The notes beneath the pieces were generated by a model. The model did no database searches and was not told the origin of the DNA. It saw nothing but the letters and a program-made list of their open reading frames with translations. A program made the position numbers and the translations under genes. 64,000 bases of DNA. It comes from Candidatus Omnitrophota bacterium. GTDB lineage: Bacteria; Omnitrophota; Gorgyraeia; Zapsychrales; Fredricksoniimonadaceae. The stretch spans positions 65,550 to 129,549 of the forward strand of contig JADFXX010000005.1 of assembly GCA_015233335.1 (NCBI GenBank), written 5' to 3'. Positions 18,677-28,276 of the stretch are shown one piece after another (positions within the stretch are counted from its first letter, which is position 1; every line of letters begins with the position of its first letter).

Positions 18677-20686
18677 ATGAAAATCTGTTTAATTTTTGAT
18701 AGCTGGTTTGATACGGATACCTTTCGGGATCTTTTAAAGAAATATCATTCCTCTGAAGTTATTATTTTTCCTCTGGTCAGCGACCCTTTATTGTTGGCTG
18801 CTGTAATACAGCATATCCATGCGGGTGAGCACTCTTCCGTCAAGGTCATTAACAGTGCTCAGGCCGTCAGCGATCAAGTTAAGGAATTAAGGAAAAAGAT
18901 TTGTAAATGGTCTGCGGATATCGGGAATGCCGAAGTATTTTCAAGAACGGTTAAGGATTGGTTGATGGTGCCCGGCTGCTCGGTTAGTTCCTGGTGGTTC
19001 GGCCTACTTTCAGAAAAGAACACATTGAAAACGGATGCGTATTTACGTATGGCTCAAATCCATGCCGTCGAAAAATTGTTCAGCTGTGAAGATCCCGGTC
19101 TGTGTTTATTGTCGATTTCAAACCGGAAACTTCATAAGGCCTTAACGGGTATTTGCCAGAATAGGCATTTGTCCGTTAAAGTAATTCCCATCTCAAGGGC
19201 CCAGTCTGTGAATCATTGTAACTCCCGGTTCTTCGATCATTTGGATTGTCTGGGATTATTGGGAAGCTTTTTACAGGGCATCATTGCTTGGAGGCATCTT
19301 ATTTTGCGCGCTCGCAGGGCGCGCAAAGGTTTGCCGGATTTTAAAATGAGAACAGCATCGGCAAGAGGACTGCTTTTTACAAGTTATTTCCCCAACATAG
19401 ACAAAGAAGCTGCCGGCAAGAGGGTATTTAGGAATAAATATGCATTGGCGCTTCAAGATAAATTGAAAGCGGCGGATATTCCTGTGAGCTGGCTTCTTAT
19501 GCCTGTGCCGCTTGATGGATACAATTTTGAAGATGCCGTAAAGCTGGCGAATGATTTTTCCAAGAATGGGGAGAATCTTTTCATCTTGGAAGAGTTCCTG
19601 ACTTTGAAAGTTGCCATAAAAGGGTTTCTTTTGTGGATAAGACAGATAGCGGTGAGTTTTTTTTTGTTCGACAAGCTTAAAAACAAATATCTTACGGCTG
19701 GTCCCGTCGGATGGCAGGGATATCCTATTGTTCAATCTCTTTGGGAGGTATCATTTTACGGTCCGATTGCCGTTCAGGGCATTCTTTATTCATTGATCTT
19801 CAGAGAAGTGTTTAAGCAAATCTCCGGGATCCGAGATTGCTTGTATTTTTGTGAGATGCATGCTTGGGAAAAAGCATTAAATGCGGCTAAAAAGGACATC
19901 AATCCGCAAATAAGGACAATAGGCTATCAGCATTCATCCGTATCCAATAATGATCTTGGGTATTTTTACGACAGGTCTGAAACAGTGAGTACAGGTAATC
20001 CTTCAGATATGCCACAACCGGATATCTTTGCCTGTAATGGTCAATATTTATATGATCTTTTGTCCCAATCAGGGTACTCAAATCTCACCCAGACGGAGGC
20101 GATCCGCTATTTATATCTTAACAACATTTTCACGAATAGGCTTACAACACGTCAAGGAAGGCCATTATTGTTGGTGGCAGGCTCATATAACAGAAACGAG
20201 GCCAGGGCATTAGTCATGTTAGTTTCAAGGGCTTTTCCTGCGGCAGATCAGTTTGATATTTGGTTTAAGGGTCATCCGTCAATGCCGCTCGAAGAGATAT
20301 TTGCCCAGATGGGGGTAGATTATTTAAAAGCAGGTTTCGTTATTAAGCATGGCAATATTTCTGACTATTTAAAAGATGCCTGGGGCGTGATCGTGTCCAC
20401 CAGCACGGTGGCCATGGAGGCGTTAGGATATGGCTGCGAGATTATCATCCCTGTTTTTCCTGATGCTATGCTAATGAATCCGTTGGCTGACTTCGAACAT
20501 TATTATCACAATGTCACGACCCCCCAGGAGTTGAGGCATGTCATGGAGAAGATCGCAGGAAAACCGTCGCTATATAACAGCGAAAAATGTAAAGATTTCC
20601 TTACAAGGTATTGGAATCTCGACCCGGCGCTTCCTTTATGGTCGAGGATATTGGAGGGGATGAAACATGTTCCAGAGTCTATTTAG
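18677..20686 (+). CDS. Large hypothetical protein of the glycan locus; C-terminal region GT-B-like
   Basis: 669 aa, soluble-looking; no motif I can name. The C-terminal part (LLVAGSYNRNEARALV...VIVSTSTVAMEALGYGCEIIIP) resembles the C-terminal Rossmann half of GT-B transferases. Confidence 0.5.
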   Translation: MKICLIFDSWFDTDTFRDLLKKYHSSEVIIFPLVSDPLLLAAVIQHIHAGEHSSVKVINSAQAVSDQVKELRKKICKWSADIGNAEVFSRTVKDWLMVPGCSVSSWWFGLLSEKNTLKTDAYLRMAQIHAVEKLFSCEDPGLCLLSISNRKLHKALTGICQNRHLSVKVIPISRAQSVNHCNSRFFDHLDCLGLLGSFLQGIIAWRHLILRARRARKGLPDFKMRTASARGLLFTSYFPNIDKEAAGKRVFRNKYALALQDKLKAADIPVSWLLMPVPLDGYNFEDAVKLANDFSKNGENLFILEEFLTLKVAIKGFLLWIRQIAVSFFLFDKLKNKYLTAGPVGWQGYPIVQSLWEVSFYGPIAVQGILYSLIFREVFKQISGIRDCLYFCEMHAWEKALNAAKKDINPQIRTIGYQHSSVSNNDLGYFYDRSETVSTGNPSDMPQPDIFACNGQYLYDLLSQSGYSNLTQTEAIRYLYLNNIFTNRLTTRQGRPLLLVAGSYNRNEARALVMLVSRAFPAADQFDIWFKGHPSMPLEEIFAQMGVDYLKAGFVIKHGNISDYLKDAWGVIVSTSTVAMEALGYGCEIIIPVFPDAMLMNPLADFEHYYHNVTTPQELRHVMEKIAGKPSLYNSEKCKDFLTRYWNLDPALPLWSRILEGMKHVPESI

Positions 20687-20867
20687 AAGACAAGAAGATC
20701 CTGTCCCCCCGCGAAATATCAGGGTTATTTATGGTGTATTTGTCACAACGGTGCTTTTATTTTATTTGTTCGTAATGGTTTCTGATCACTGGAAGTTCGG
20801 AATGGCGGCTGAATTGATCAAGAAGGCGCGAATTACCATAGGCGCCATGTTAAGCCCTGCCCAATAG
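20667..20867 (+). CDS. Possible small single-pass membrane protein (uncertain)
   Basis: 66 aa with one hydrophobic helix (VIYGVFVTTVLLFYLFVMV). It fills most of the only long gap in the + strand gene run and overlaps the upstream gene by 20 nt; no recognisable RBS. Confidence 0.2.
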   Translation: MFQSLFRRQEDPVPPRNIRVIYGVFVTTVLLFYLFVMVSDHWKFGMAAELIKKARITIGAMLSPAQ

Positions 20868-20885
20868 TCAGAGGTGTAAATAGCA

Positions 20886-22799
20886 ATGGCGGTATTAGGT
20901 CTTTTAAGAGCTGTCCTGGTTTTTTTAATGATGGTCATGGCCGGATGGGGACTGGGTGATGGGATTGTATCTTTTATCGAAGGGAAAAAAAGGTCAATCC
21001 CGGGATTAGCCAGAGTTTTTACATCTTTGGCTTTTGGTCTTGGCGTTATAGGGCAAATTGTATTTATGTTCGGGTGTGCAGGTGATTTTTATCAGCCCCA
21101 TTATGCGTGGGGTTTTATGCTGCTTTTATTAATGTTCCCTGTGATGAGATTAAGGAAAAAGTTCCTTCCGTTAGATATTAAGGTTAATTTCGCGAAGACG
21201 GAAACCTTGGTAATTGCTCTAACTCTCTTCTCTTTATTTATCTGGTTTTGGGCGTTGCTTAGCTTTATAACAGGTTCGGATGTCATCTCCGATCATTATC
21301 AATTCGTCAATGTCTGCATTAACCTAAAACATTTTGGTCATAAGTTGACCCTTCCTTTGGGGATGGACAATTTTTCGACGTATAATCCGGCACTGGTGCA
21401 CATGCTTTTTCTTCTGGCGACAATTCTTTCGGATGTCCGTGCGGCCAATCTTATTTTCTGGTTGACCCATGTGCTGGTTATTGCGGCGATTTATATTTTT
21501 GCCAGGGATTTCTTCTCACGTTTTGCGGGATTCATTGCGGTGGCGATTTATTTTGGATTTTCTGTGCTTTTGAATTTTTCTTTGGATGTGAATAATTACG
21601 TTGGTCTTACCTCTTTTATGCTTTTTTCAATGTATTACGTTTTTTTATTCAGAAAAACGGACTCCAATCAATATCTGGTCCTCGCCGGTATCCTGGCGGG
21701 GGTAATGCTCAGCACAAAATATTATGGGATAGCGTTAATGCCGGCGCTTTGCGTGCCGCTGTTATTGAACAGTTCTCAGAAGGTGCATTTGAGGATAAAA
21801 GCAGCCGTCCTGTTCTGCATGGTCGCATTGATCGTCTATCTGCCTTGGATCATCTACAATGTCAAAGAATTCGGTGTACCCATCTATCCCATGATGGCGC
21901 ATATAGAGGATATAACCCGTTGGCGACTCATCAGAGCTGAACAGCTGTTAGATCCCTATGTAGTGTTTAGCGATCACGGTTATTTTTGGCCAAAATTCTT
22001 TTATTATCTTTCCATGTTCATCCCTTTTGAACCTTCTTATTGGGTTTTTGGGCTTACTCCGGTCTTCCTGATAGGCTTGCCATGTTCTTTTTATTATCTC
22101 TTTAAGGCCAGAGGAGACAAGTGGAGGGATATTAACATTCTTTTTTTAACTTCTCTATTGGCTTTTTTTCTTGTTGAGATCTCATCTTGGCCGTTTGCGT
22201 TCTATAAGACGGCGATATTCGCCGGAAGCATCTATGCGATCAGTCTGGCGGCACTTATGACTCTTTTGTCAAAGAAAGGTAAACAATGGATGGTGATGAT
22301 TGTTCTATTGGTGGCAGTAATCAGCACTTTTGTCGGGGCTCACCACATCAGGAAGCTTTTGTATATGCCGCTTGTCATGAATGAGGAATATTATTGGAGC
22401 CCTTTGGTAGAATACATTAATAAGAATCTCGAAAAAAATGCAAGCTTGGCCAATGAAGACGCAGGATCAAGTTATTATATTCGTCCGGATATAAAAAATA
22501 TTTCGGCACGCTACTACTGCCTCCCCTACAATTGGCCCCGAGAAGAAAAATTGATAAGGAGCCAGAGAATTAAATATTATGTTTTTGACCCAAAGGAAAG
22601 AGAGAATACCCTTCCTTATCTTAAACATATGCTTGAAGTATTAAATAATTTACATGCTTTTGACCGTGCGGCTGCATTTGATAGGCAAATACGGAGTTAT
22701 AACCAAAGGACAGATCAACAGGAAGTATTTTTGAATAAAAACGGCAAGATCGTTAAAGAATTTCCTGACGGGACCAGAATATACAGGCTGAGATTTTGA
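20886..22799 (+). CDS. Polytopic membrane protein, GT-C-fold (ArnT/PMT-like) glycosyltransferase candidate
   Basis: 637 aa; many predicted TM helices in the first ~480 aa, then a soluble C-terminal domain; segment ILAGVMLSTKYYGIALMP resembles GT39/GT83-type proteins. The call is architectural. Confidence 0.5.
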   Translation: MAVLGLLRAVLVFLMMVMAGWGLGDGIVSFIEGKKRSIPGLARVFTSLAFGLGVIGQIVFMFGCAGDFYQPHYAWGFMLLLLMFPVMRLRKKFLPLDIKVNFAKTETLVIALTLFSLFIWFWALLSFITGSDVISDHYQFVNVCINLKHFGHKLTLPLGMDNFSTYNPALVHMLFLLATILSDVRAANLIFWLTHVLVIAAIYIFARDFFSRFAGFIAVAIYFGFSVLLNFSLDVNNYVGLTSFMLFSMYYVFLFRKTDSNQYLVLAGILAGVMLSTKYYGIALMPALCVPLLLNSSQKVHLRIKAAVLFCMVALIVYLPWIIYNVKEFGVPIYPMMAHIEDITRWRLIRAEQLLDPYVVFSDHGYFWPKFFYYLSMFIPFEPSYWVFGLTPVFLIGLPCSFYYLFKARGDKWRDINILFLTSLLAFFLVEISSWPFAFYKTAIFAGSIYAISLAALMTLLSKKGKQWMVMIVLLVAVISTFVGAHHIRKLLYMPLVMNEEYYWSPLVEYINKNLEKNASLANEDAGSSYYIRPDIKNISARYYCLPYNWPREEKLIRSQRIKYYVFDPKERENTLPYLKHMLEVLNNLHAFDRAAAFDRQIRSYNQRTDQQEVFLNKNGKIVKEFPDGTRIYRLRF

Positions 22800-22810
22800 G
22801 GAGTAAAAGA

Positions 22811-23554
22811 ATGAGTACTGATGAAACACATATTGAAAAGCGTTTGCAGAATGAAGTTGATCATGCCAAGCATCTTTTAAAGCATGATCCTGGTAAATTA
22901 TGGGGATGGGAAAGCCACGCCGGCAAGATCAGGCTGAAATGCCGCGTTAAAATGTTGACATCTCACATCCATCCCGGGATGAAAGTGCTGGAGATAGGCT
23001 GCGGGACCGGTTATTTTACGAAAGAATTGGCGAAAACCGGCGCCGCAATAGTAGCCATTGACATATCTTCTGATCTATTAGCGGTGGCCCGGCGGGATAT
23101 AAGATGCGGCAATGTGACCTTTAAAGAAGAGAACGCCTACTCTTTAAGTTTTCCGGCGGACTCCTTTGATACGATCATCGGAAGCTCTGTTTTGCATCAT
23201 TTGGATACAGCAAATGCGCTCGCAGAATTCTACAGAGTGTTAAAAAAATCAGGGACGATCTTTTTTACGGAGCCGAACATGATCAATCCGCAAATAATAC
23301 TGCAAAAGAATATCCCTGCTCTGAAAAGAATGATGGGGGATTCTCCGGATGAAACCGCATTTTTCCGTTGGAAAATAGCCAGGATGCTGAGTGTTGCCGG
23401 TTTTAAGAATATACACATAAAGCCTTTTGATTTCTTACATCCCGGGACTCCACGGGCGTTAATACCTTTAGTCAGGTCGATTGGCAATTTCCTTGAGAGA
23501 GTCCATCTGATATCAGAGATCGCAGGCTCTCTTTATATTAGGGCGGAAAAATAG
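22811..23554 (+). CDS. Class I SAM-dependent methyltransferase
   Basis: Motif I VLEIGCGTGYFTKELA, FDTIIGSSVLHHL block. ATG at 22811 (8 nt after GAGGAG) is preferred over the TTG at 22796. Confidence 0.75.
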   Translation: MSTDETHIEKRLQNEVDHAKHLLKHDPGKLWGWESHAGKIRLKCRVKMLTSHIHPGMKVLEIGCGTGYFTKELAKTGAAIVAIDISSDLLAVARRDIRCGNVTFKEENAYSLSFPADSFDTIIGSSVLHHLDTANALAEFYRVLKKSGTIFFTEPNMINPQIILQKNIPALKRMMGDSPDETAFFRWKIARMLSVAGFKNIHIKPFDFLHPGTPRALIPLVRSIGNFLERVHLISEIAGSLYIRAEK

Positions 23555-23583
23555 CAGTGATCAATAAAAGTTAAGGAGCAACA

Positions 23584-24651
23584 ATGGGCTTAATGTTATT
23601 AGAGATGTTGAAGTTTTTAAGATGCCCTGAATGTAAAAGAGCGGACATAAAGGCTTCTTTAGATGAAAAGTTCTTAATTTGTGCGAGCTGTAATTGCCGG
23701 TATGAAATTTGGGCGGAAAATGTTGTTTCTATGCTTTCAGGAAACAGTACATCGCTTAAAAAAGAAAAGATCCAGCGGTTTTGGGGTGATGTATGCAAAC
23801 AATGGTATACAGATTTCGATCTTGGATTAACTTCGGAGTCTTTAGATGGCTATCTTGTTGATCTGGAAGAAATGTTCAAGCAGCGCAGACATTTGGCGGT
23901 GACGGAGATGCCGTTAAAAGAGATCAAAAATAAACAAATATTAGAAATCGGTAGTGGTGGTGGAGCGCATTCCGCTTTATTTAAGAAATATGGTGCCTGC
24001 ATGACGTCGGTGGATATAACAAAGGAACGGGTGGTTTCTACGGCGAGAAAATTGTCTTTGGTCAAAGAAGGCGCAGGCCTAGCTCTCCAGGCAGATGCGG
24101 AAAATCTTCCATTTTTGGATGATTCCTTTGATTTCGTTTATTCCAACGGAGTCCTGCATCATTCGGAAAACACCGAGAAATGTATCAAAGAAGTGCAAAG
24201 GGTCCTAAAACCTAAGGGTAAGGCCATCCTGATGCTTTATTCAAGGCATTCGGCATTATATTGGTTGAATTTGCTGCCTAAAAGCATTTTTTCCGGGATG
24301 GTCTTCCGATATCCCCAACCAGAATGGCTCGGTATTTTAACTGAAGGAAAACCAAAATTCGATTCTATAAAGAACCCAATGACAAGGGTATATTCTAGAA
24401 AAGAACTGCTTGTTCTGCTCGGGTGCTTTGAAATTAAATCGTTACGAAAGAACTCATTTTCTTTTTCCCAACTTCCTATCATTAACCATATCAGTCTGAT
24501 CCTTGCGAAGGCGCTAAAGCGTAAGGCCTGGCAAAGCGGCATTTTAGTTTACGGAGCTCCGAATTACGTTGAAACTGACTTTGAGAAAAGATTAGGGGCG
24601 GCTATAGGATTTGGATGGAATATTGTTGCTTCTAAAAAAGCACGTGAATAA
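23584..24651 (+). CDS. Class I SAM-dependent methyltransferase with N-terminal Trm112-like zinc ribbon
   Basis: 355 aa; CPEC...CASCNC (CxxC x2) ribbon at the N-terminus, motif I ILEIGSGGGAHSALF, FDFVYSNGVLHH block. Confidence 0.7.
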   Translation: MGLMLLEMLKFLRCPECKRADIKASLDEKFLICASCNCRYEIWAENVVSMLSGNSTSLKKEKIQRFWGDVCKQWYTDFDLGLTSESLDGYLVDLEEMFKQRRHLAVTEMPLKEIKNKQILEIGSGGGAHSALFKKYGACMTSVDITKERVVSTARKLSLVKEGAGLALQADAENLPFLDDSFDFVYSNGVLHHSENTEKCIKEVQRVLKPKGKAILMLYSRHSALYWLNLLPKSIFSGMVFRYPQPEWLGILTEGKPKFDSIKNPMTRVYSRKELLVLLGCFEIKSLRKNSFSFSQLPIINHISLILAKALKRKAWQSGILVYGAPNYVETDFEKRLGAAIGFGWNIVASKKARE

Positions 24652-24668
24652 AAAGAGAAAGAAGCCTT

Positions 24669-26462
24669 ATGTGCGGTATTTTTGGTTATTCAAATATAAA
24701 AGAAAATGGTGAAGGTCTTTTGCGTGTTATGGCCAATCAGCAGTTGCACCGCGGCCCTGATTCCGAAGGATTTCATATCGATGCCGGTTTTGGCATGGGC
24801 ATCCGCCGTTTGAGCGTCATTGACCTTGTGACTGGTAATCAACCCATCAGCAATGAGGATAAAAGCGTATGGATTGTCTGTAACGGCGAGATCTATAACT
24901 ATCAAGAATTGACGAAGGAACTTAAGCAAAAGGGGCATAGATTTTATACAAATAGCGATGTTGAATGTGTTGTGCACTTATATGAAGAATATGGGATCGA
25001 ATGCCTTAAGCGGTTAAACGGGATGTTTGGATTGGCGCTTTTCGATGCAAAGAAAAAACAATTATATATCGCGCGTGACCGGTTGGGGATCAAGCCGCTT
25101 TATTATTCCAACAATTCGGGGCGCTTTTTATTTTCTTCCGAACTAAAATCTTTATTGGCAAGCGGCCTTGTCTCAAAGGAGCTTGACTGGCAAGCAATCA
25201 GCCGTTATCTGGATTGCATGTACATCTCTGTACCTTTAAGTCCATTTAAGCAAATCAAAAAATTACAGCCTGGGAATTATTTACGGATCGACAGCTCTAA
25301 TGAGATAGTCATTGAGCCCTATTGGGAATTATCAGACAGGCCTGCTGAAGCTTTGCCGGGCTCTGAAGCTGAGGCGGTTGAACGGCTGACCCTTATTTTT
25401 AAAGATGCGAATAAATTACAAATACGCGCGGATGTTCCGATCTGTGTGTTTTTAAGCGGGGGAGTTGATTCCAGCGCAGTGACAGCTTTTGGGGCAATGG
25501 CGTCCCCTATTCCTTTGAGGACTTTTCACGTTTTCTTTCCTGAATCATCGTCCAAGATTAACGAGCGTCAATATGCAGCGATGGTTTCAAAGAGATATGG
25601 TACGATCCATTCTGAGGTGGCGGTGGGTCGTCAAGATTTTTTACGGTTGATCCCTAAGTTGATCTGGCATTTAGAGGAGCCGTTTGGTGATCTGGCAAGT
25701 GTTCCCACTTATATCATTTCTGAAATGGCCAGAAAAGAAGCTACTGTGTGTTTGAATGGAAGCGGGGGGGACGAACTTTTTTCCGGATATGCCCATCACC
25801 GGAAGGATCTTTTGGTTAGACGTTGGGCCTATTCTGCTTTTGATCAGTTAGGGGCAGGTTCAGTGATCCGCAGATTGCACGGCAAGACTTATAATGCGGG
25901 TAATTGGCGAGACGTTTTTCCGGGGTATACAAATGAATTCCCCTCCCATGCATTAGATGCAATAAAAGCGAGTTTCGGGAACGATGTTTTGAACCGTATT
26001 TTAGCGGAAGATATTGACGGTTACCTTCAGTCGAATGTCCTTTTTCTTTTAGATAAGATCGCCATGGCCGTCTCCCTTGAGGGACGGGTACCGCTTTTAG
26101 ATCACAGGTTTGTTGAGCTGGCGGCCCATTTACCGAGTTCGTGGAAGATTAAAAACGGGGAGAAGAAATATATTTTTAAAAAAATGCTGGAGCCCTATTT
26201 ACCCCATGAAGTTTTATATCGTAAGAAAGAGGGGTTTGGCGCTCCGTTGAATGATTGGCTCGATAACAGGACCAGGATCACTTTGCAGCGTATCATTGAA
26301 GGGGGGATGCTGGTAAAATTGCAATTGCTTAAAAAAGAGAACATCCGTTTTCAAAGCATTGTCCCTTGGGATCTATGGAAGATTGCGTGTCTTGAAATAT
26401 GGTACCGGCTGATGGTTGATCCCATCGAGTCATCCAACCTAACTCTCGAAGGTTTTTTATGA
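24669..26462 (+). CDS. Asparagine synthase-family glutamine amidotransferase (WbpG/PseA-like candidate)
   Basis: 597 aa; N-terminal nucleophile MCGIFGY, PP-loop FLSGGVDSSAV. Confidence 0.85.
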   Translation: MCGIFGYSNIKENGEGLLRVMANQQLHRGPDSEGFHIDAGFGMGIRRLSVIDLVTGNQPISNEDKSVWIVCNGEIYNYQELTKELKQKGHRFYTNSDVECVVHLYEEYGIECLKRLNGMFGLALFDAKKKQLYIARDRLGIKPLYYSNNSGRFLFSSELKSLLASGLVSKELDWQAISRYLDCMYISVPLSPFKQIKKLQPGNYLRIDSSNEIVIEPYWELSDRPAEALPGSEAEAVERLTLIFKDANKLQIRADVPICVFLSGGVDSSAVTAFGAMASPIPLRTFHVFFPESSSKINERQYAAMVSKRYGTIHSEVAVGRQDFLRLIPKLIWHLEEPFGDLASVPTYIISEMARKEATVCLNGSGGDELFSGYAHHRKDLLVRRWAYSAFDQLGAGSVIRRLHGKTYNAGNWRDVFPGYTNEFPSHALDAIKASFGNDVLNRILAEDIDGYLQSNVLFLLDKIAMAVSLEGRVPLLDHRFVELAAHLPSSWKIKNGEKKYIFKKMLEPYLPHEVLYRKKEGFGAPLNDWLDNRTRITLQRIIEGGMLVKLQLLKKENIRFQSIVPWDLWKIACLEIWYRLMVDPIESSNLTLEGFL

Positions 26463-28276
26463 ACGTATCCACCCATCTGGAGTTAAAAGCTTTCCGTAGT
26501 TTTTTGCTAAGGTATCCCTCGGGCGTGATTTGGCTGGTTTTAGGTGGGATTGGATTTGTTGTCAGTTGTTTTGAGCTAAGGGCCATCGGGGCCTTCAGAA
26601 GAGCGGCCGCGCTTTGCAAAGCCGGGCATGGGATGGCAGGTGAAATGCCCCTGTCATTAGATAAATTACCAGATGTCAGATTTAAACTTTATGCGGGGCC
26701 GCTGCCCAAAGATGCGGAAATTAAATTGGCTACCCAGAATATAAAAATTACCTCCGATATCAATTGGAGCCATCCGTATAGAGACCAGGAGGACTCTTTT
26801 GCCTTGAATCGTTTTGGATGGCTTTTGAGCACTTTATTGCGGTATCCTTCGCCCATTTATGCACAGATAGCTTTAAAGAACATCCTTTCTTGGATATCTC
26901 AAAAGGAAGATGTACGTGGAGGCCTTGCATGGGAAAGTTATTCTATAGCAGAAAGGTTGGCCAATTGGCCGTTTATACTTTTAATCATTAAGAAAATGAT
27001 CCCTATTCCTGCTGATGCTTTGAGTGAGATCTCAAAATCGATGAATGAACAGTTGGATCATCTGATCAATAATCTTGAATATCGCGGCAGGTTTACAAAT
27101 AATCATTTACTGAATGATGCCAGAGGGCTTTATGTAAGCGGTATTGTATTAAATAATGAACGTGCTCGACAGAAAGGGAGGGAAATTTTTCTTAGTTGGA
27201 CAAAAAAGACATTTTATCCTGATGGCATGCTGAAAGACGGGTCTTCGCACTACCAGTATTTATTGTGCCAGAGGTATGAACAGGTGTATTATCTTTCCCG
27301 TCATGTCAATGATCAGCCGTTCGCTGATTTTATGCAGCAATGGGTTTTATTCATGCGGGAGTCATGTAAATTCTTTTGTGTTTACGGTGAGGATCATTCA
27401 TGGGCTATCCCCATGTTTGGGGACATTTCACCGGATTTCCCGCCGCAATGGTTCGCTCCTCATGAAAAGGCGGGATGGGAAGAACTTAAAGTTTGGCTCA
27501 ATTGGACACTACCAAGCGATGATGTCAATGAAAAGAGGGAAGGAGCTTGTGATAAAGGTGATTTCATCCGTTTTGATGCTGGCCGCGTAACGGTTTTCTG
27601 GCATATTGATAGGGATAAATCCGGATATTTAAACCATGGACATTATGACCTTGGCAGTTTTGTTTTTTTTTACAATGGCATCCAGATATTTGCGGACCCG
27701 GGGCGTTTCTCTTATGAAGCAGAACATGTATTTACCAAAAGCGCAAAGGCCCATAGCTCGTTGTTGCTCGATTCTTTAGGTCCGTTGTGTGAAGTTAATA
27801 AACTAAATTTGGTTAATGTGTATCGTTCGATCAAAACAGGTTTTAGCGTTGTGCGGTCGGAGGAATGCTTAACTCTGCTCATCACCTGTGAAGGGTTTAA
27901 GAGGTTGTCTGTACCGGTCCAATGGTCTAGAAGATTCAGTGTTTATTCTGATAAGATGACTATTGTGGATAATCTGGAAAGTGCCGGTCATAATATTTTA
28001 GAATGCCGTTTTCAGATGAGCCCGGGCCTGGAGGTCAAAGAAGTATCCGGAGGGTTCAGTATATATCACACTCAAAACGTGCCGATCAGGCTTGCTGTTA
28101 TGGATCCTTTCGAATATAAATGTAAATTGATAAGCGGCAGCAATGCTGACACGGACGGTGGATGGGTTTCATCCGAATACGGCGTCGGTCGACCGGCAAC
28201 TACCGTTGTTTTTCAGAGGGATTTGAGCGGGGTTAAAACATATGTTTATGAGATAAGGTGGCAGGATGTCTCCTGA
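26459..28276 (+). CDS. Heparinase II/III-like family protein
   Basis: 605 aa; N-terminal TM segment, C-terminal HGHYDLGSFVFFYNGIQIFADPGR block typical of the heparinase II/III-like domain; ATGA overlap with the asnB-like gene. Confidence 0.6.
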   Translation: MNVSTHLELKAFRSFLLRYPSGVIWLVLGGIGFVVSCFELRAIGAFRRAAALCKAGHGMAGEMPLSLDKLPDVRFKLYAGPLPKDAEIKLATQNIKITSDINWSHPYRDQEDSFALNRFGWLLSTLLRYPSPIYAQIALKNILSWISQKEDVRGGLAWESYSIAERLANWPFILLIIKKMIPIPADALSEISKSMNEQLDHLINNLEYRGRFTNNHLLNDARGLYVSGIVLNNERARQKGREIFLSWTKKTFYPDGMLKDGSSHYQYLLCQRYEQVYYLSRHVNDQPFADFMQQWVLFMRESCKFFCVYGEDHSWAIPMFGDISPDFPPQWFAPHEKAGWEELKVWLNWTLPSDDVNEKREGACDKGDFIRFDAGRVTVFWHIDRDKSGYLNHGHYDLGSFVFFYNGIQIFADPGRFSYEAEHVFTKSAKAHSSLLLDSLGPLCEVNKLNLVNVYRSIKTGFSVVRSEECLTLLITCEGFKRLSVPVQWSRRFSVYSDKMTIVDNLESAGHNILECRFQMSPGLEVKEVSGGFSIYHTQNVPIRLAVMDPFEYKCKLISGSNADTDGGWVSSEYGVGRPATTVVFQRDLSGVKTYVYEIRWQDVS

